Positions 9,008 through 20,158 of a stretch of 64,000 nt of DNA are shown here, one piece after another. This DNA is from an uncultured Bacteroidales bacterium (GTDB lineage Bacteria > Bacteroidota > Bacteroidia > Bacteroidales > VadinHA17). Under the pieces are notes generated by a model. That model ran no database searches. It was not told where the DNA came from and worked only from the letters and a program-made list of their open reading frames with translations. Location of the stretch: the NCBI GenBank assembly GCA_963831855.1, contig CAWHSA010000002.1, positions 248,214-312,213 of the forward strand, in the 5' to 3' direction. The position numbers and the translations under genes are program-made. Within the stretch, counting starts at the first letter, position 1. Each line of letters opens with the position of its first letter.

Positions 9008-9330
9008 TGAATTGCATTACTTAATCATAAATGTAAATATACATTATTGTACTTATTATATTTAATCAGATGTCAAAGCATTTTTATATTTCAAATCAGC
9101 TGTTAACGATGTGGAAATAATCGTAAGCATACTTCAAATGGTGTTTCGTTCTGTGCGGGTTGCTGTTGCATCCGCTGGTTATTACCTCTTCCAGTTGGTG
9201 GAACACCATTACAGACTATTATGCCGGCTTTGACATCCTTTAACATGATTTCAGCGGTACCTACTGCCTTGAAAATTTTACCATTCGATAAACAGGATGC
9301 AATATAAAGGCTTCCCCTAAGATATTCCGA

Positions 9331-11193
9331 TCACTGTTTAGATAATTTTGCCACAAAACCTCCGGCACCTCTTATTGAAAGCTTTATATGGTCTGATTTG
9401 CTGACTGTACTGACTTTTTTAATTATCGCATCACCCCTGTCCGGATCATCCTCGTAAGCATTCAGGGTATATTTCCCTCCTGTCAAAAAGCTAAGCGAAA
9501 TATCAATTGTTTTCTTTTCGCTGCCATTTAATAATCCAATGAACCAGGTATCTCCGCTGCGCCTTGCAAAAGCAGCACATTTTCCTATCTCACTATCACT
9601 AAGTACGATTGTCTCGTCCCATGTTGAAGGTATCGCTTTTATAATGTCCAAAGCAGGATTTTTCAGATAATTATCCGGGTGATCGGCATAGCAGAGAAAC
9701 GGGGATGTGAAAACAATAGCCTGTGCAATTTCCCTGGGCCATGTATATCCGAGGAGCTCTGCCGGATTAAGGACAGTAGGGGTATAATCACCAAAACCCT
9801 GCACAAAGCGGTTAAACGGAAGGATACAATCATGGTCAGGCAAAAGAACTCTCTTATACCTTATAATATGATACTCATGTCCTCTGATAGCTTCGCGGGT
9901 CAATTCATTAGGCCAGGTGCGTTCACGTCCTGTTGGTTTTACGGCCCCATGGAAATCTATCATAAGCTTATCTTTTGCAGCATCCCGTAAAGTTGCCTCG
10001 TACCAGTTTGACCATTCGCGTGTACATTTTGGAACAAAATCGATTTTGATGCCCGACACACCTGCTTTTATTGCATTTTCAAATATTCTAGCACGGTCAG
10101 CTTCTTTGGCAACCTCATTAGAATGAACCCATATCCAGATTTTGATTCCGGCCGACTTTGCATAATTAACCACCTCTGTAAGGCAATCCCATGCATTTTT
10201 GGTACCATCCTGCCATCTGGTCCATCCTGCGTCAATCAGGTAATATTCAAAGTCCATTTGCTTTGCATAGTCCACCCACTGATGCTGCTGGTTGTAAATC
10301 AGGGAAGGTGTCGACCACCAGTTCCATGCGGCACGACCTGGTTTAATCCAGTCTGCATTTACGAGCTCCGGTGATGGGGAAGGGCAGAGGTTACGCAATA
10401 AATCACTGTTAACCAAAGCATTAAGATCCCTGGCAATAAGTGTCACCCTCCATGGCTGGATAACTTCACCATCTGTCTTCCATCCTCCCTGTTCAGCATG
10501 AAAGAATGCTTTCAATGCCCGTCCTCCTGCCGATTTCACAGCCAGATCGGTATAATCAACCAGGCTGGCTTCCGTTATCATAACATAATTACCTGAAGGT
10601 AAAAGACCCGTCACCGGTAAAGCTATGATCTTATCGGAAGGAAGGGTATCGGCCATAACTTTTGTATATGTCCCTTCATATGAGCCAAGATCACTCTGGT
10701 ACCAGAAGCAAGTTTTCGACGGTACTTTCCACTCAGTTGCTTCTCCCTGAATCTGGCGATCTTTTCTTGCTGCCAGACGGGAACGTATACCAATGCCATC
10801 ATCAAATGCACGTACATCAAGGAACCATTTTTCTTCTGCAGTCTGAATTTCCACCGTCGTTTCATTACAGCGATTGATTGCTCTGCTGTGAGCGCCAAAG
10901 ACCGGATAGGTCTCATTTGTTACATTCGATTTAAAGGGACCGAAGCTGAACTCAGAACCCAGATCAATATTATCAGATATTATTCCAAGCCGTGAAGGCG
11001 CGACGATCTCTTTGCCATTTGTCTCAATTTTGTAATAGAGCTTCGAATCCGGGCCTTTGCTTATTTCTACCCAAATTCTACCATCAGGACTTTTGACAGC
11101 AATAACATCTGTGGTCTTAGTATTCTTAGCTTCAACCTGACCAAGCAGGCATAATATTGTCATAAAAAGTAAGCTTTTTCTTAATGTAATCAT
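9331..11193 (-). CDS. GH97 glycoside hydrolase (alpha-glucosidase/alpha-galactosidase family)
   Basis: Signal peptide MITLRKSLLFMTILCLLGQVEA (ATG at 11191-11193). GH97-type N-domain (VKSPDGRIWVEISKGPDSKLYYKIETNGKEIVAPSRLG). TIM-barrel motifs GIKIDFVPKCTREW and ELTREAIRGHEY. The C-terminus ...GGFVAKLSKQ parallels the second GH97 in the window. Confidence 0.8.
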   Translation of the reverse strand: MITLRKSLLFMTILCLLGQVEAKNTKTTDVIAVKSPDGRIWVEISKGPDSKLYYKIETNGKEIVAPSRLGIISDNIDLGSEFSFGPFKSNVTNETYPVFGAHSRAINRCNETTVEIQTAEEKWFLDVRAFDDGIGIRSRLAARKDRQIQGEATEWKVPSKTCFWYQSDLGSYEGTYTKVMADTLPSDKIIALPVTGLLPSGNYVMITEASLVDYTDLAVKSAGGRALKAFFHAEQGGWKTDGEVIQPWRVTLIARDLNALVNSDLLRNLCPSPSPELVNADWIKPGRAAWNWWSTPSLIYNQQHQWVDYAKQMDFEYYLIDAGWTRWQDGTKNAWDCLTEVVNYAKSAGIKIWIWVHSNEVAKEADRARIFENAIKAGVSGIKIDFVPKCTREWSNWYEATLRDAAKDKLMIDFHGAVKPTGRERTWPNELTREAIRGHEYHIIRYKRVLLPDHDCILPFNRFVQGFGDYTPTVLNPAELLGYTWPREIAQAIVFTSPFLCYADHPDNYLKNPALDIIKAIPSTWDETIVLSDSEIGKCAAFARRSGDTWFIGLLNGSEKKTIDISLSFLTGGKYTLNAYEDDPDRGDAIIKKVSTVSKSDHIKLSIRGAGGFVAKLSKQ

Positions 11194-11265
11194 ATCGTAT
11201 TCATTTAATATTATGAACCGTTTAAAACATTTTCGTAACCGGCAAGATTTATCGTCTGGCAAATC

Positions 11266-12414
<1,149 letters not shown>

Positions 12415-12483
12415 TTAAATGCGTATAGTATTGATGTACAGGCTTTTAATTCAGTATTTGTGCTTTAACCGGCAGTATTTCTA

Positions 12484-14868
12484 TTAAAGTTCCTTCGTAA
12501 TTTTTATTGAATTACCTGCTGTGATGTTATAAGTCCTGGTTTTTCCTGCAAGTCTTACAACGCAAGGATTCCCGAGAATTGATTTAATGTTGCAGGATGC
12601 CAGTTTACCGTTTTCCCAGTTCATACTGACTTCGAATCCGCCTCTTGCCCTGAGTCCGGTTACTGATCCGTTTTTCCAGCCGGGAGGTAAAGCCGGCAAT
12701 AAGGAGATTTCACCGGCATGGCTCTGCAGCAGGCATTCAGCAACAGCAGCGGTATATCCGAAATTAGAATCTGACTGGTAAGCACCTGAATTTTGAAGAT
12801 TATTTCCCAGTCCTCCCCTGGTTGAGGTGGTACGGAAAAAATCCCCTATAACCTTCTCTGCCATTTCACCATTTTCGAGCCTTGCCCAATCGCATATATC
12901 CCAGATGCCGTTCCACCATCCTGGATCTATCTTGCGCGGTTCGAGCCATTTCTTTATGGCTGCGGCTATTTCGGGATTCCCTCTGAGAGTTATTGAGTTG
13001 CCAGGATAAAATCCGAAGTTTGCAGACATATTATGATTCTCCGGGCCTTTTTTCCAATCCTCGATCCATACCTGGAGAGTACCATCTTTCCCAATCTGAT
13101 AAGGTGGTATCTTTGTCAAAGCTTCAGCGAGCTTTGCACCAAATTCCTGGTCCATATTCAAAATCTTCTCTGCTTCAATGACATGCGGGAACAGATCTCT
13201 GATCATCCCAAGATTCATTGTTGTTGTGGAAGATAAAAATGCCTCCGGCGCTTTATCATCTGTAAAAAATCCCTGTTCAGGTGACATAGAGAAAGGTATG
13301 ACCAGCCAATTGTGTTTTGGCTCAATTGTCATGATATCCATCAGGAATTGGGCCGAGCCCTTCATAATCGGGTAGTACTCTTTAAGGAATTCGACATCAC
13401 CGGTAAACTGGTAATGTTCCCATATATGCAGACATAGCCATGTTCCACCCACAGGCCACATACCATACCTTGCTGCATCAACAGGAGCAGTGCCCCTCCA
13501 CAGGTCTGTATTATGATGCGCCACCCATCCGCCGGCATTGTAATATGTTTTTGCCGTTTTTGCTCCGGTTTCAGAAAGATCCCTGATCATATCAAATAAT
13601 GGCTGATGACACTCCGACAGGTTTGTGACCTCAGCCGGCCAGTAGTTCATTTGGGTGTTTATGTTTATGGTATATTTGCTGCCCCAGTTAGGTAGTACGG
13701 ACTCATTCCATCGTCCCTGCAGGTTTGCAGGTTCACTGCCTTTCCTGCTGCTTGAAACCAGGATATAACGGCCGAACTGAAATATTTTGGCTAAAAGATC
13801 AGGGTCGGATTGTCCTTGCTTGAGATCAGCGATCCTTTCATTTGTCGGCTTCTGATTCATTATCGGGTCGCCTATTTTTAAAAGGACCCTCCCCATCAAC
13901 CCGGTGAAATCTTTTATATGGGTATCCTTTAATGTATTAAAGTCTTTCCCACTGACTCCGGCCATAATTTTTTGGCATGTGGCTGCCGGATTCCCTGAAA
14001 TATCATTATATTTTACATAGCTTGTTGCAGTTGTAAGCATGAATGTTACCGAATTGGCCTTTTTAATAACAAGGCTTGAATCAGTAGATTCCATAGTACC
14101 TTTTTCCGGTATTGCAACCAGGGAGGTCTGAAAATTAAGCCCGGTCCCTTCAACTTTGGCAATAAGCGAGGTAACTGTTTTGGAAAGATATTTCCATCTA
14201 CCGTTCATAATCAGCTTACCATCTTTTGCAGTTGTTTTCTCGAGAAAAGGACTTTTAAGTTTTGCCTCAAGAGATATCCGTCCGGGTTTGTTTGCCGACA
14301 CTTTCATCACCATCACCCGGTCGGGGTATGACATAAATACTTCGCGGGTCATCTTTACATTGCCATCGGTATAAGTAACTTTAACCACACCCGTTTCCAT
14401 ATCCAGTTCGCGGTGGTAATCCGTGATAGAATCTCCTGTTGCATTAAACTTCAGGAGCAGATCCCCTATTGGTTCATAAGCCTGTTGTGCTGCTGGTATT
14501 CCGTAGAAATGTTCGTTTACCATTTTCTCTGCCTCCTTGAATTTATCGGCAAAGACAAGATCCTTTATTTTTCCAAAATATTTGCCTGCATCCGGATCGT
14601 CATAATCATGTGGTCTTCCCGACCAGAAAGTGGATTCATTTAAAGCAATCCTTTCATTAATTATCTTCCCGAATACATTGCCTCCCATATAACCATTCCC
14701 GATGAATAACCCATCGAGCCACGCCCTGTCAGCAGGCTTATTGTACCAAATGACCATATCCCTTTTATCCTCCGATTTTCGGTCAGAGCCTGAACAGGAT
14801 GTTTGAGTGATAAAACCAGCTATCACTACTATGAATAATGCATTCATAACAGCGGGTGACTTTTTCAT
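12484..14868 (-). CDS. GH95 glycoside hydrolase (alpha-L-fucosidase/alpha-L-galactosidase family), probable lipoprotein
   Basis: 794 aa. Lipobox-like ...ITQTSC/SGSD. N-domain VIWYNKPADRAWLDGLFIGNGYMGGNVFG...ALNESTFWSG. Signature [20 protein letters not shown]-terminus LLPALPPGWKNGSVTGLRARGGFEV. Confidence 0.85.
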   Translation of the reverse strand: MKKSPAVMNALFIVVIAGFITQTSCSGSDRKSEDKRDMVIWYNKPADRAWLDGLFIGNGYMGGNVFGKIINERIALNESTFWSGRPHDYDDPDAGKYFGKIKDLVFADKFKEAEKMVNEHFYGIPAAQQAYEPIGDLLLKFNATGDSITDYHRELDMETGVVKVTYTDGNVKMTREVFMSYPDRVMVMKVSANKPGRISLEAKLKSPFLEKTTAKDGKLIMNGRWKYLSKTVTSLIAKVEGTGLNFQTSLVAIPEKGTMESTDSSLVIKKANSVTFMLTTATSYVKYNDISGNPAATCQKIMAGVSGKDFNTLKDTHIKDFTGLMGRVLLKIGDPIMNQKPTNERIADLKQGQSDPDLLAKIFQFGRYILVSSSRKGSEPANLQGRWNESVLPNWGSKYTININTQMNYWPAEVTNLSECHQPLFDMIRDLSETGAKTAKTYYNAGGWVAHHNTDLWRGTAPVDAARYGMWPVGGTWLCLHIWEHYQFTGDVEFLKEYYPIMKGSAQFLMDIMTIEPKHNWLVIPFSMSPEQGFFTDDKAPEAFLSSTTTMNLGMIRDLFPHVIEAEKILNMDQEFGAKLAEALTKIPPYQIGKDGTLQVWIEDWKKGPENHNMSANFGFYPGNSITLRGNPEIAAAIKKWLEPRKIDPGWWNGIWDICDWARLENGEMAEKVIGDFFRTTSTRGGLGNNLQNSGAYQSDSNFGYTAAVAECLLQSHAGEISLLPALPPGWKNGSVTGLRARGGFEVSMNWENGKLASCNIKSILGNPCVVRLAGKTRTYNITAGNSIKITKEL

Positions 14869-14967
14869 AGAGTAATTGTTTAAGACATTACAAAAAGTTT
14901 ATATAGAATAGTGAATGGCAATTCATGTATCTCACATTATTTTGAAGATAAACAGATATTCAGATTA

Positions 14968-17586
14968 TCATTTACCATTTCCTTTTACTTTGGTTTCTTT
15001 TCCAATATAAACCAGTTTCTTTTTTGCTTCGCCAGGGGTTATACCCGATCCTTCAGATTCATTTACGAAAATGACGTTAAAAATTCTCTTTGTCAGGTTA
15101 CCCGGATAGTATCCCTTTTTTTCCCCTATTGTTAAGGTCTGGCGTTTTTCATTCCATTTAAAAGGAATAACTGTATAATTCCCTTTCTCGTAATTGTAAT
15201 TGTCGCCTTCATCTTCATACAAATCGAAGCTGACATCTGCGCCTTTATATACGCGTATTTCAAGAGTGTCGGATGGTTTTTGCCCGGTATACTGGATAAT
15301 TTTGCCCATAGGAATTATGGAACCTGCTTTGACGAACAGGGGAATCTTATCCAGGGGAGCAGAGGTTTTTATTGTCTGGCCACCATTAAATCGTTTCCCG
15401 GTCCAGAAATCGTACCAGGTTGCCTTTTGAGGCAGGTAAACATTCCATTCCTTAACATTGGGTTCTGTAACCGGTGCAACAAGCAGGGCTTTGCCGAACA
15501 TATATTCAAAAGGTTGCTTCAATGCAAGTGAATCACCATAAAAGTCCATTATTAACGGACGCATCATGGTTGATTTGTTATGTGTAATTTGCCAGGCTTC
15601 TGAATAAATGTAAGGAATTAAACGGTAACGCAGGTTAAGCATTTTCCTCATGTTATCCTCAACCTGCAGTCCGAATTTCCAGGGTTCGGTCTCAGACTGA
15701 TAGCCGTGTATCCGGAAGATGGGATTAAAAGCTCCCCACTGGTACCACCGAGTCAGCAGCTCCTGATACTTTTCGTCGGTATATTGAGATTTTCCAGGGC
15801 GAAAGAATCCTCCAATATCAGTTGTCCAGTAAGGTAATCCGGTAATGGTAAAGTTTAAACCTGCCACAATCTGGCGTTTATAAGCGTCCCATGTTCCGCC
15901 TATATCGCCTGACCAGTTGATTATGCCGTATCTTTGCTGCCCAAGAAAGGCAGAGCGGGTTAAAATACAAACCCGTTTATCAGAAGTGGTTTTTCGCTGC
16001 CCCTCGTAAACAGCCTGGCTTACCATTAACGGATAAGTTAACCGGTAAAAATCGCCCAATCCAATATATGTATTTTTCCCCTTTAAAGCATCATTCTCCG
16101 GTTCGGTGGCATCCATCCACCAGGAATCAACACCATAAGTAAATAGATTATCTCTTAGGGTATTCCAGTAAGTTTCTCTGGTAAGCGGGTTATAATAATC
16201 CAACCATGGAGTCTCCGGTATGTAAAGATTTCTTTTCACATACTCCTGACCGATCTCTGAATTCTTGTCGGGGTTTGACCAGATAGAAATGTTGAAATGT
16301 GCATTTGAATCATGCAATTTTTTAATGAAGTCTGCCGGATTGGCATAATTAATTTTATCAAACTGTGGAACACCCCAGCCATTTTTGCCCCAGTATTGCC
16401 AGTCCTGTACAATGACATCCATGGGGAAGTTCCTTTTCCGGAATTCCTTCACAGTTTCCACCAGCTGATCACCCGAACTGTAGCGTTCACGACACTGCCA
16501 GAATCCATATGCCCATAACGGAAACATCGGAGCATCCCCCGAAAGACTACGGTATGCGGCAATTACATTATCGGCGGATGGGCCGTAAAACACAACATAA
16601 TCGAGCAGCTTGGCATTGGGTGATCTGAATGTAGTAAAATCATCCTTAATTTTCCACGACACTCTTGGTATATTGGTAGCTTTGCAAACCAGCTGTATCT
16701 GATGTTCGCCTGCAGTAAGATTTACCAGGGTGCCGACAGTCGGGGGAAGCCACATGTTACTCTGATCGATGCAGGTCTTTCCGTCTATTGTCAGAAAATG
16801 ACGGTTTTCCATGTCTCCATAATCAATAAAAACAGAATAAACTCCATTTGCAGGAACCTTAAAGGTGCCATTGTAAACTGACTGGTTTTGTGATCGCCGT
16901 TGGGTTCCGGAAGTTGTTGTAACATCTGCTGTCTGATTTTTTACTTCCGGGTTTTCTTGTTTTTCCAGTTTAATAAAATTGCCGGCAGGATTAAAATCAG
17001 TCAGACCGTACTGATGCCACAGTAACCCGTATCCTTTGCTTGAATATATAAATGGTAGCGAAATCTGGGAGTTGACCTGTGTTAACCGGCGGGTGACATT
17101 CTTTAAATTGAAAAATCCATCCTGAAACTGCCCGAGACCAAAAAGATATTCGTCAGCTGGTGACTCAAAACTCTGTTCTGCCACATAACAAGGTTGGCCA
17201 AGAACAGAATCAGGTATCAGCTTCCGGGTTTCTGCTTTTTCTCTCAGGAAAATTTTCCCGGAATTATCTGCAAATGACAGTTTGCCGGTTTGTTTATCCA
17301 GTTCTGCAATTATGGTTTTTACAGATATCTTTATTTTCGAAGGCGAATCGTAAACATTAAAGTGTGGAGTTGGAACACCTGAAGTAAAAATAAGCTCAGG
17401 TACCTGCACCCCGTTTCCTTTAAAGAACCTGATCCTCACACCATTTTCTGTTACTGGGTAAATACTAAGTGTCCCTTCAGAGAGTGTGACATCAATCCTG
17501 TCTGGAGATTGTTTAAAACTTTTTACAGCCTGACCATGACAAATCACAGGGAACAGGATGATAATTGAAAAGAAAAAGTGTCTCAT
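14968..17586 (-). CDS. GH31 glycoside hydrolase (alpha-xylosidase/alpha-glucosidase type) with PA14-like insertion
   Basis: Signal peptide MRHFFFSIIILFPVICHGQ (ATG 17584-17586). GH31 core: FPMDVIVQDWQYWG, WWMDATEPE, KRVCILTRSAFLGQQRYGIINWSGDIGGTW. Inserted PA14-like segment: YNGTFKVPANGVYSVFIDYGDMENRHFLTIDGKTCID...LTAGEHQIQLVCK. Confidence 0.85.
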   Translation of the reverse strand: MRHFFFSIIILFPVICHGQAVKSFKQSPDRIDVTLSEGTLSIYPVTENGVRIRFFKGNGVQVPELIFTSGVPTPHFNVYDSPSKIKISVKTIIAELDKQTGKLSFADNSGKIFLREKAETRKLIPDSVLGQPCYVAEQSFESPADEYLFGLGQFQDGFFNLKNVTRRLTQVNSQISLPFIYSSKGYGLLWHQYGLTDFNPAGNFIKLEKQENPEVKNQTADVTTTSGTQRRSQNQSVYNGTFKVPANGVYSVFIDYGDMENRHFLTIDGKTCIDQSNMWLPPTVGTLVNLTAGEHQIQLVCKATNIPRVSWKIKDDFTTFRSPNAKLLDYVVFYGPSADNVIAAYRSLSGDAPMFPLWAYGFWQCRERYSSGDQLVETVKEFRKRNFPMDVIVQDWQYWGKNGWGVPQFDKINYANPADFIKKLHDSNAHFNISIWSNPDKNSEIGQEYVKRNLYIPETPWLDYYNPLTRETYWNTLRDNLFTYGVDSWWMDATEPENDALKGKNTYIGLGDFYRLTYPLMVSQAVYEGQRKTTSDKRVCILTRSAFLGQQRYGIINWSGDIGGTWDAYKRQIVAGLNFTITGLPYWTTDIGGFFRPGKSQYTDEKYQELLTRWYQWGAFNPIFRIHGYQSETEPWKFGLQVEDNMRKMLNLRYRLIPYIYSEAWQITHNKSTMMRPLIMDFYGDSLALKQPFEYMFGKALLVAPVTEPNVKEWNVYLPQKATWYDFWTGKRFNGGQTIKTSAPLDKIPLFVKAGSIIPMGKIIQYTGQKPSDTLEIRVYKGADVSFDLYEDEGDNYNYEKGNYTVIPFKWNEKRQTLTIGEKKGYYPGNLTKRIFNVIFVNESEGSGITPGEAKKKLVYIGKETKVKGNGK

Positions 17587-17690
17587 AATTGTAATTTTTA
17601 TGTTCTGATTTTTTGAACCGCCCAAAGGGTAGAGCCAGATGTTACAATTTTGAACCCCTATGTAACAGAATTAAGTTTTTGTGACAGTCC

Positions 17691-20114
17691 CTAATAATCC
17701 TCCTTTTCAGTCTCGATATTCACAAAAGCATCAGCCAAACCGTCTGAACTTACCTTAAGATTTACAACGCCTGCATTTCTGGTACTTCTGATTACAACAA
17801 GTGCACGTCCATGCCAGGCTTTGCGTGCAGTTCCAAAATACGGATCGAGGTCTTTAATATCTGCATTATCAACTCCCGCAATTACACCAGGTCCGCTGAT
17901 GCTGAACTGTAGCTGATTTTGAGCATTTGGCTGTAGTTTCCCTTCCTTGTCGGTAACTTCAATTGAAATAAATGATAAATCCTGTCCGTCAGCAGATATC
18001 TTAGTCCGGTCTGGTATCAATTTTATTCCGGCGGCATTGCCCGATGTTTGCAGGATGGTTGTTTCCACTTCTTTATTATCTGCCACACCGGCTGCGGATA
18101 ATATCCCGGGAGCATAAGGTACTGTAAATACAGCTTTGAACTGTTGCTCCCCGGTTGTCGGCTGTTCACCAATGAGTTTCTTATTCAGGTAAAGCCGGAC
18201 CTTTGGATATCTGGAATAAACCTCAACCTGAATATCTTTTCCTTCATAACCTGGCCATGTCCAGCTTTCCCATGTCGGCCAGACTGACCAGATGGTCAGT
18301 AGTATTTTTCCTGAATCCGGATCAGGTTCCCGTACTGCCATATAGATTTTTTCGGTATTATTATACAACATGTTACGATAGTGGGAAATTGGTTTTCTCC
18401 ATCCTGTCAAATCAATATCACCACAATAAGCAGCATGCCATGGGAATAAATCACTTTCCCAGTGTTCACCGGGTTTTTCACCTGAATAGTACCAGCGGCC
18501 AATTCCTGATTCACCAAGGTAATCCAGAGCCGTCCAGACAAAATCCCCAATTATGTAATCATGGCTTTGTACCATTTTCCAGTTAGAGAAAGCATCCCTC
18601 GGGTATGATTCTGTCTGAACAATAACCCGCGAAGGAACCCTCACGTGGTCAGATGGAGCCCGCTGCAATTGATAATTATATCCGCCTATATCATGTGCAG
18701 CAAAGAGAGGATCGAATATTGTCCATTCATTGTCCCATGTGGTCATAGCTGAGGTAACAGGCCGTGTCGGATCAATTTTACGAATGCAATTAGCGAGCAT
18801 TTTCGCGGTTTCAACAGCTTCCGGCTTCTTTCTTTCGATTATTTCGTTACCTGTACTCCAGATAATAATTGAAGGATGGTTACGGTCGCGCAAAACCATT
18901 GCTTCTATGTCGCGCTGCCACCATTCATTAAAATAAACAGAATAATCGAAAGGTGTTTTACTCTCCTTCCATCCATCGAACGCTTCGTCCATTACCATCA
19001 TCCCCAATCTGTCGCATGCATCCAGAAATGCTTCCGATGGAGGGTTATGTGACGTGCGAACTGCATTAAATCCTGCTGATTTAAGAAGCTCTACCCTCCG
19101 TTCTTCGGCCCGGTCAAAAGCAGCAGCACCCAGACAACCATTATCATGATGTACGCATCCACCGTTTATCTTCACGGTTTTTCCGTTAAGCTGAAAACCA
19201 TTTTCGGTGGAAAATTCGATGGACCGTATTCCGAAGGTATTTTGGGTTTTATCGATTTCCCTGTTATCCTTTAATATCGTTACCTCAACCTGATAAAGAT
19301 TTGGCGTTTCAGGAGTCCATAACAATGGTTTTATTACAGAAATGGACTGCTCATATTCCTTTTCGCTATTTGCAGGTAGTTCTGCATTTATCTGATTTTC
19401 TCCTGCAGAGGAGACATTTTTGGCCAGCAGCCGGGTTTTGAGAATGACACTTTGTGATAAGGATGTCTCATTTTTTAAAAGCGTTTTTATTTTAACTGTT
19501 GCTTTTTCTGAAGAGACTTCAGGTGTTGTGATATTCATCCCCCAGGTGGCAACATGCACAGGATTTGTAACAATCATCCAGACATGGCGGTAAATTCCCG
19601 AACCACTGTACCAGCGGCAGTTCATCTGCTTTGAATTGTCGACCTTTACCGAAAGTACATTTTCCCTGCCTAAATCCAGGTACGGAGTAAGGTCGTAACT
19701 GAATGTTGTATAACCATAAGGATGGACGCCAAGTGATTTTCCATTAATAAATACCTCGGAATTCATGTAAACACCTTCGAAATAAAGTGAAATGCATTTA
19801 CCTTTCCATGCAGGAGGAACATCGAATTTTTTCCGGTACCATCCTATACCGGCGGGGAAATAACCACCTCCTCCGCCGGTTGGATTTTTTTGATCTATTT
19901 TTCCTTCAATGCTCCAATCATGAGGTAAATCAAGATCCCTCCAGCTTTCATCATCAAAATCCTTATTCACTGCTGTTGGTGAATCTCCCGGAAAGAACTT
20001 CCAATTATAATCGAAAAGCTGTTTTCTTTGAATGTTTTCCTGAGCTTTTACGTTCATAATAATGCCTGTAAACAATACAATTACAACACAAATATATTTT
20101 GAATATTTCATCAT
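17691..20114 (-). CDS. GH2 glycoside hydrolase (beta-galactosidase-like, with DUF4982/Ig-like C-terminal domains)
   Basis: 807 aa with a signal peptide. FDYNWKFFPGDSP...WRDLDLPHDWSIEG (sugar-binding domain). NHPSIIIWSTGNEI (acid/base region). Ig-like C-terminus (ISIEVTDKEGKLQPNAQNQLQFSISGPG). Confidence 0.85.
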   Translation of the reverse strand: MMKYSKYICVVIVLFTGIIMNVKAQENIQRKQLFDYNWKFFPGDSPTAVNKDFDDESWRDLDLPHDWSIEGKIDQKNPTGGGGGYFPAGIGWYRKKFDVPPAWKGKCISLYFEGVYMNSEVFINGKSLGVHPYGYTTFSYDLTPYLDLGRENVLSVKVDNSKQMNCRWYSGSGIYRHVWMIVTNPVHVATWGMNITTPEVSSEKATVKIKTLLKNETSLSQSVILKTRLLAKNVSSAGENQINAELPANSEKEYEQSISVIKPLLWTPETPNLYQVEVTILKDNREIDKTQNTFGIRSIEFSTENGFQLNGKTVKINGGCVHHDNGCLGAAAFDRAEERRVELLKSAGFNAVRTSHNPPSEAFLDACDRLGMMVMDEAFDGWKESKTPFDYSVYFNEWWQRDIEAMVLRDRNHPSIIIWSTGNEIIERKKPEAVETAKMLANCIRKIDPTRPVTSAMTTWDNEWTIFDPLFAAHDIGGYNYQLQRAPSDHVRVPSRVIVQTESYPRDAFSNWKMVQSHDYIIGDFVWTALDYLGESGIGRWYYSGEKPGEHWESDLFPWHAAYCGDIDLTGWRKPISHYRNMLYNNTEKIYMAVREPDPDSGKILLTIWSVWPTWESWTWPGYEGKDIQVEVYSRYPKVRLYLNKKLIGEQPTTGEQQFKAVFTVPYAPGILSAAGVADNKEVETTILQTSGNAAGIKLIPDRTKISADGQDLSFISIEVTDKEGKLQPNAQNQLQFSISGPGVIAGVDNADIKDLDPYFGTARKAWHGRALVVIRSTRNAGVVNLKVSSDGLADAFVNIETEKEDY

Positions 20115-20158
20115 ATATTTCGGTTAATTTAAGTCAATTATCAGATTCACAATCAACA

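Noticed and set aside
9076-9330. An open frame continuing in phase after the GH97 stop (…SEYLRGSLYIASCLSNGKIFKAVGTAEIMLKDVKAGIIVCNGVPPTGRG…), considered as a possible read-through extension or small gene.
   Set aside because: The second GH97 paralog ends at the equivalent ...GGFVAKLS position, so the stop is natural. The downstream frame has under 60 codons from its first ATG and no motif I can recognise. It may be another relic, but that is unsupported.
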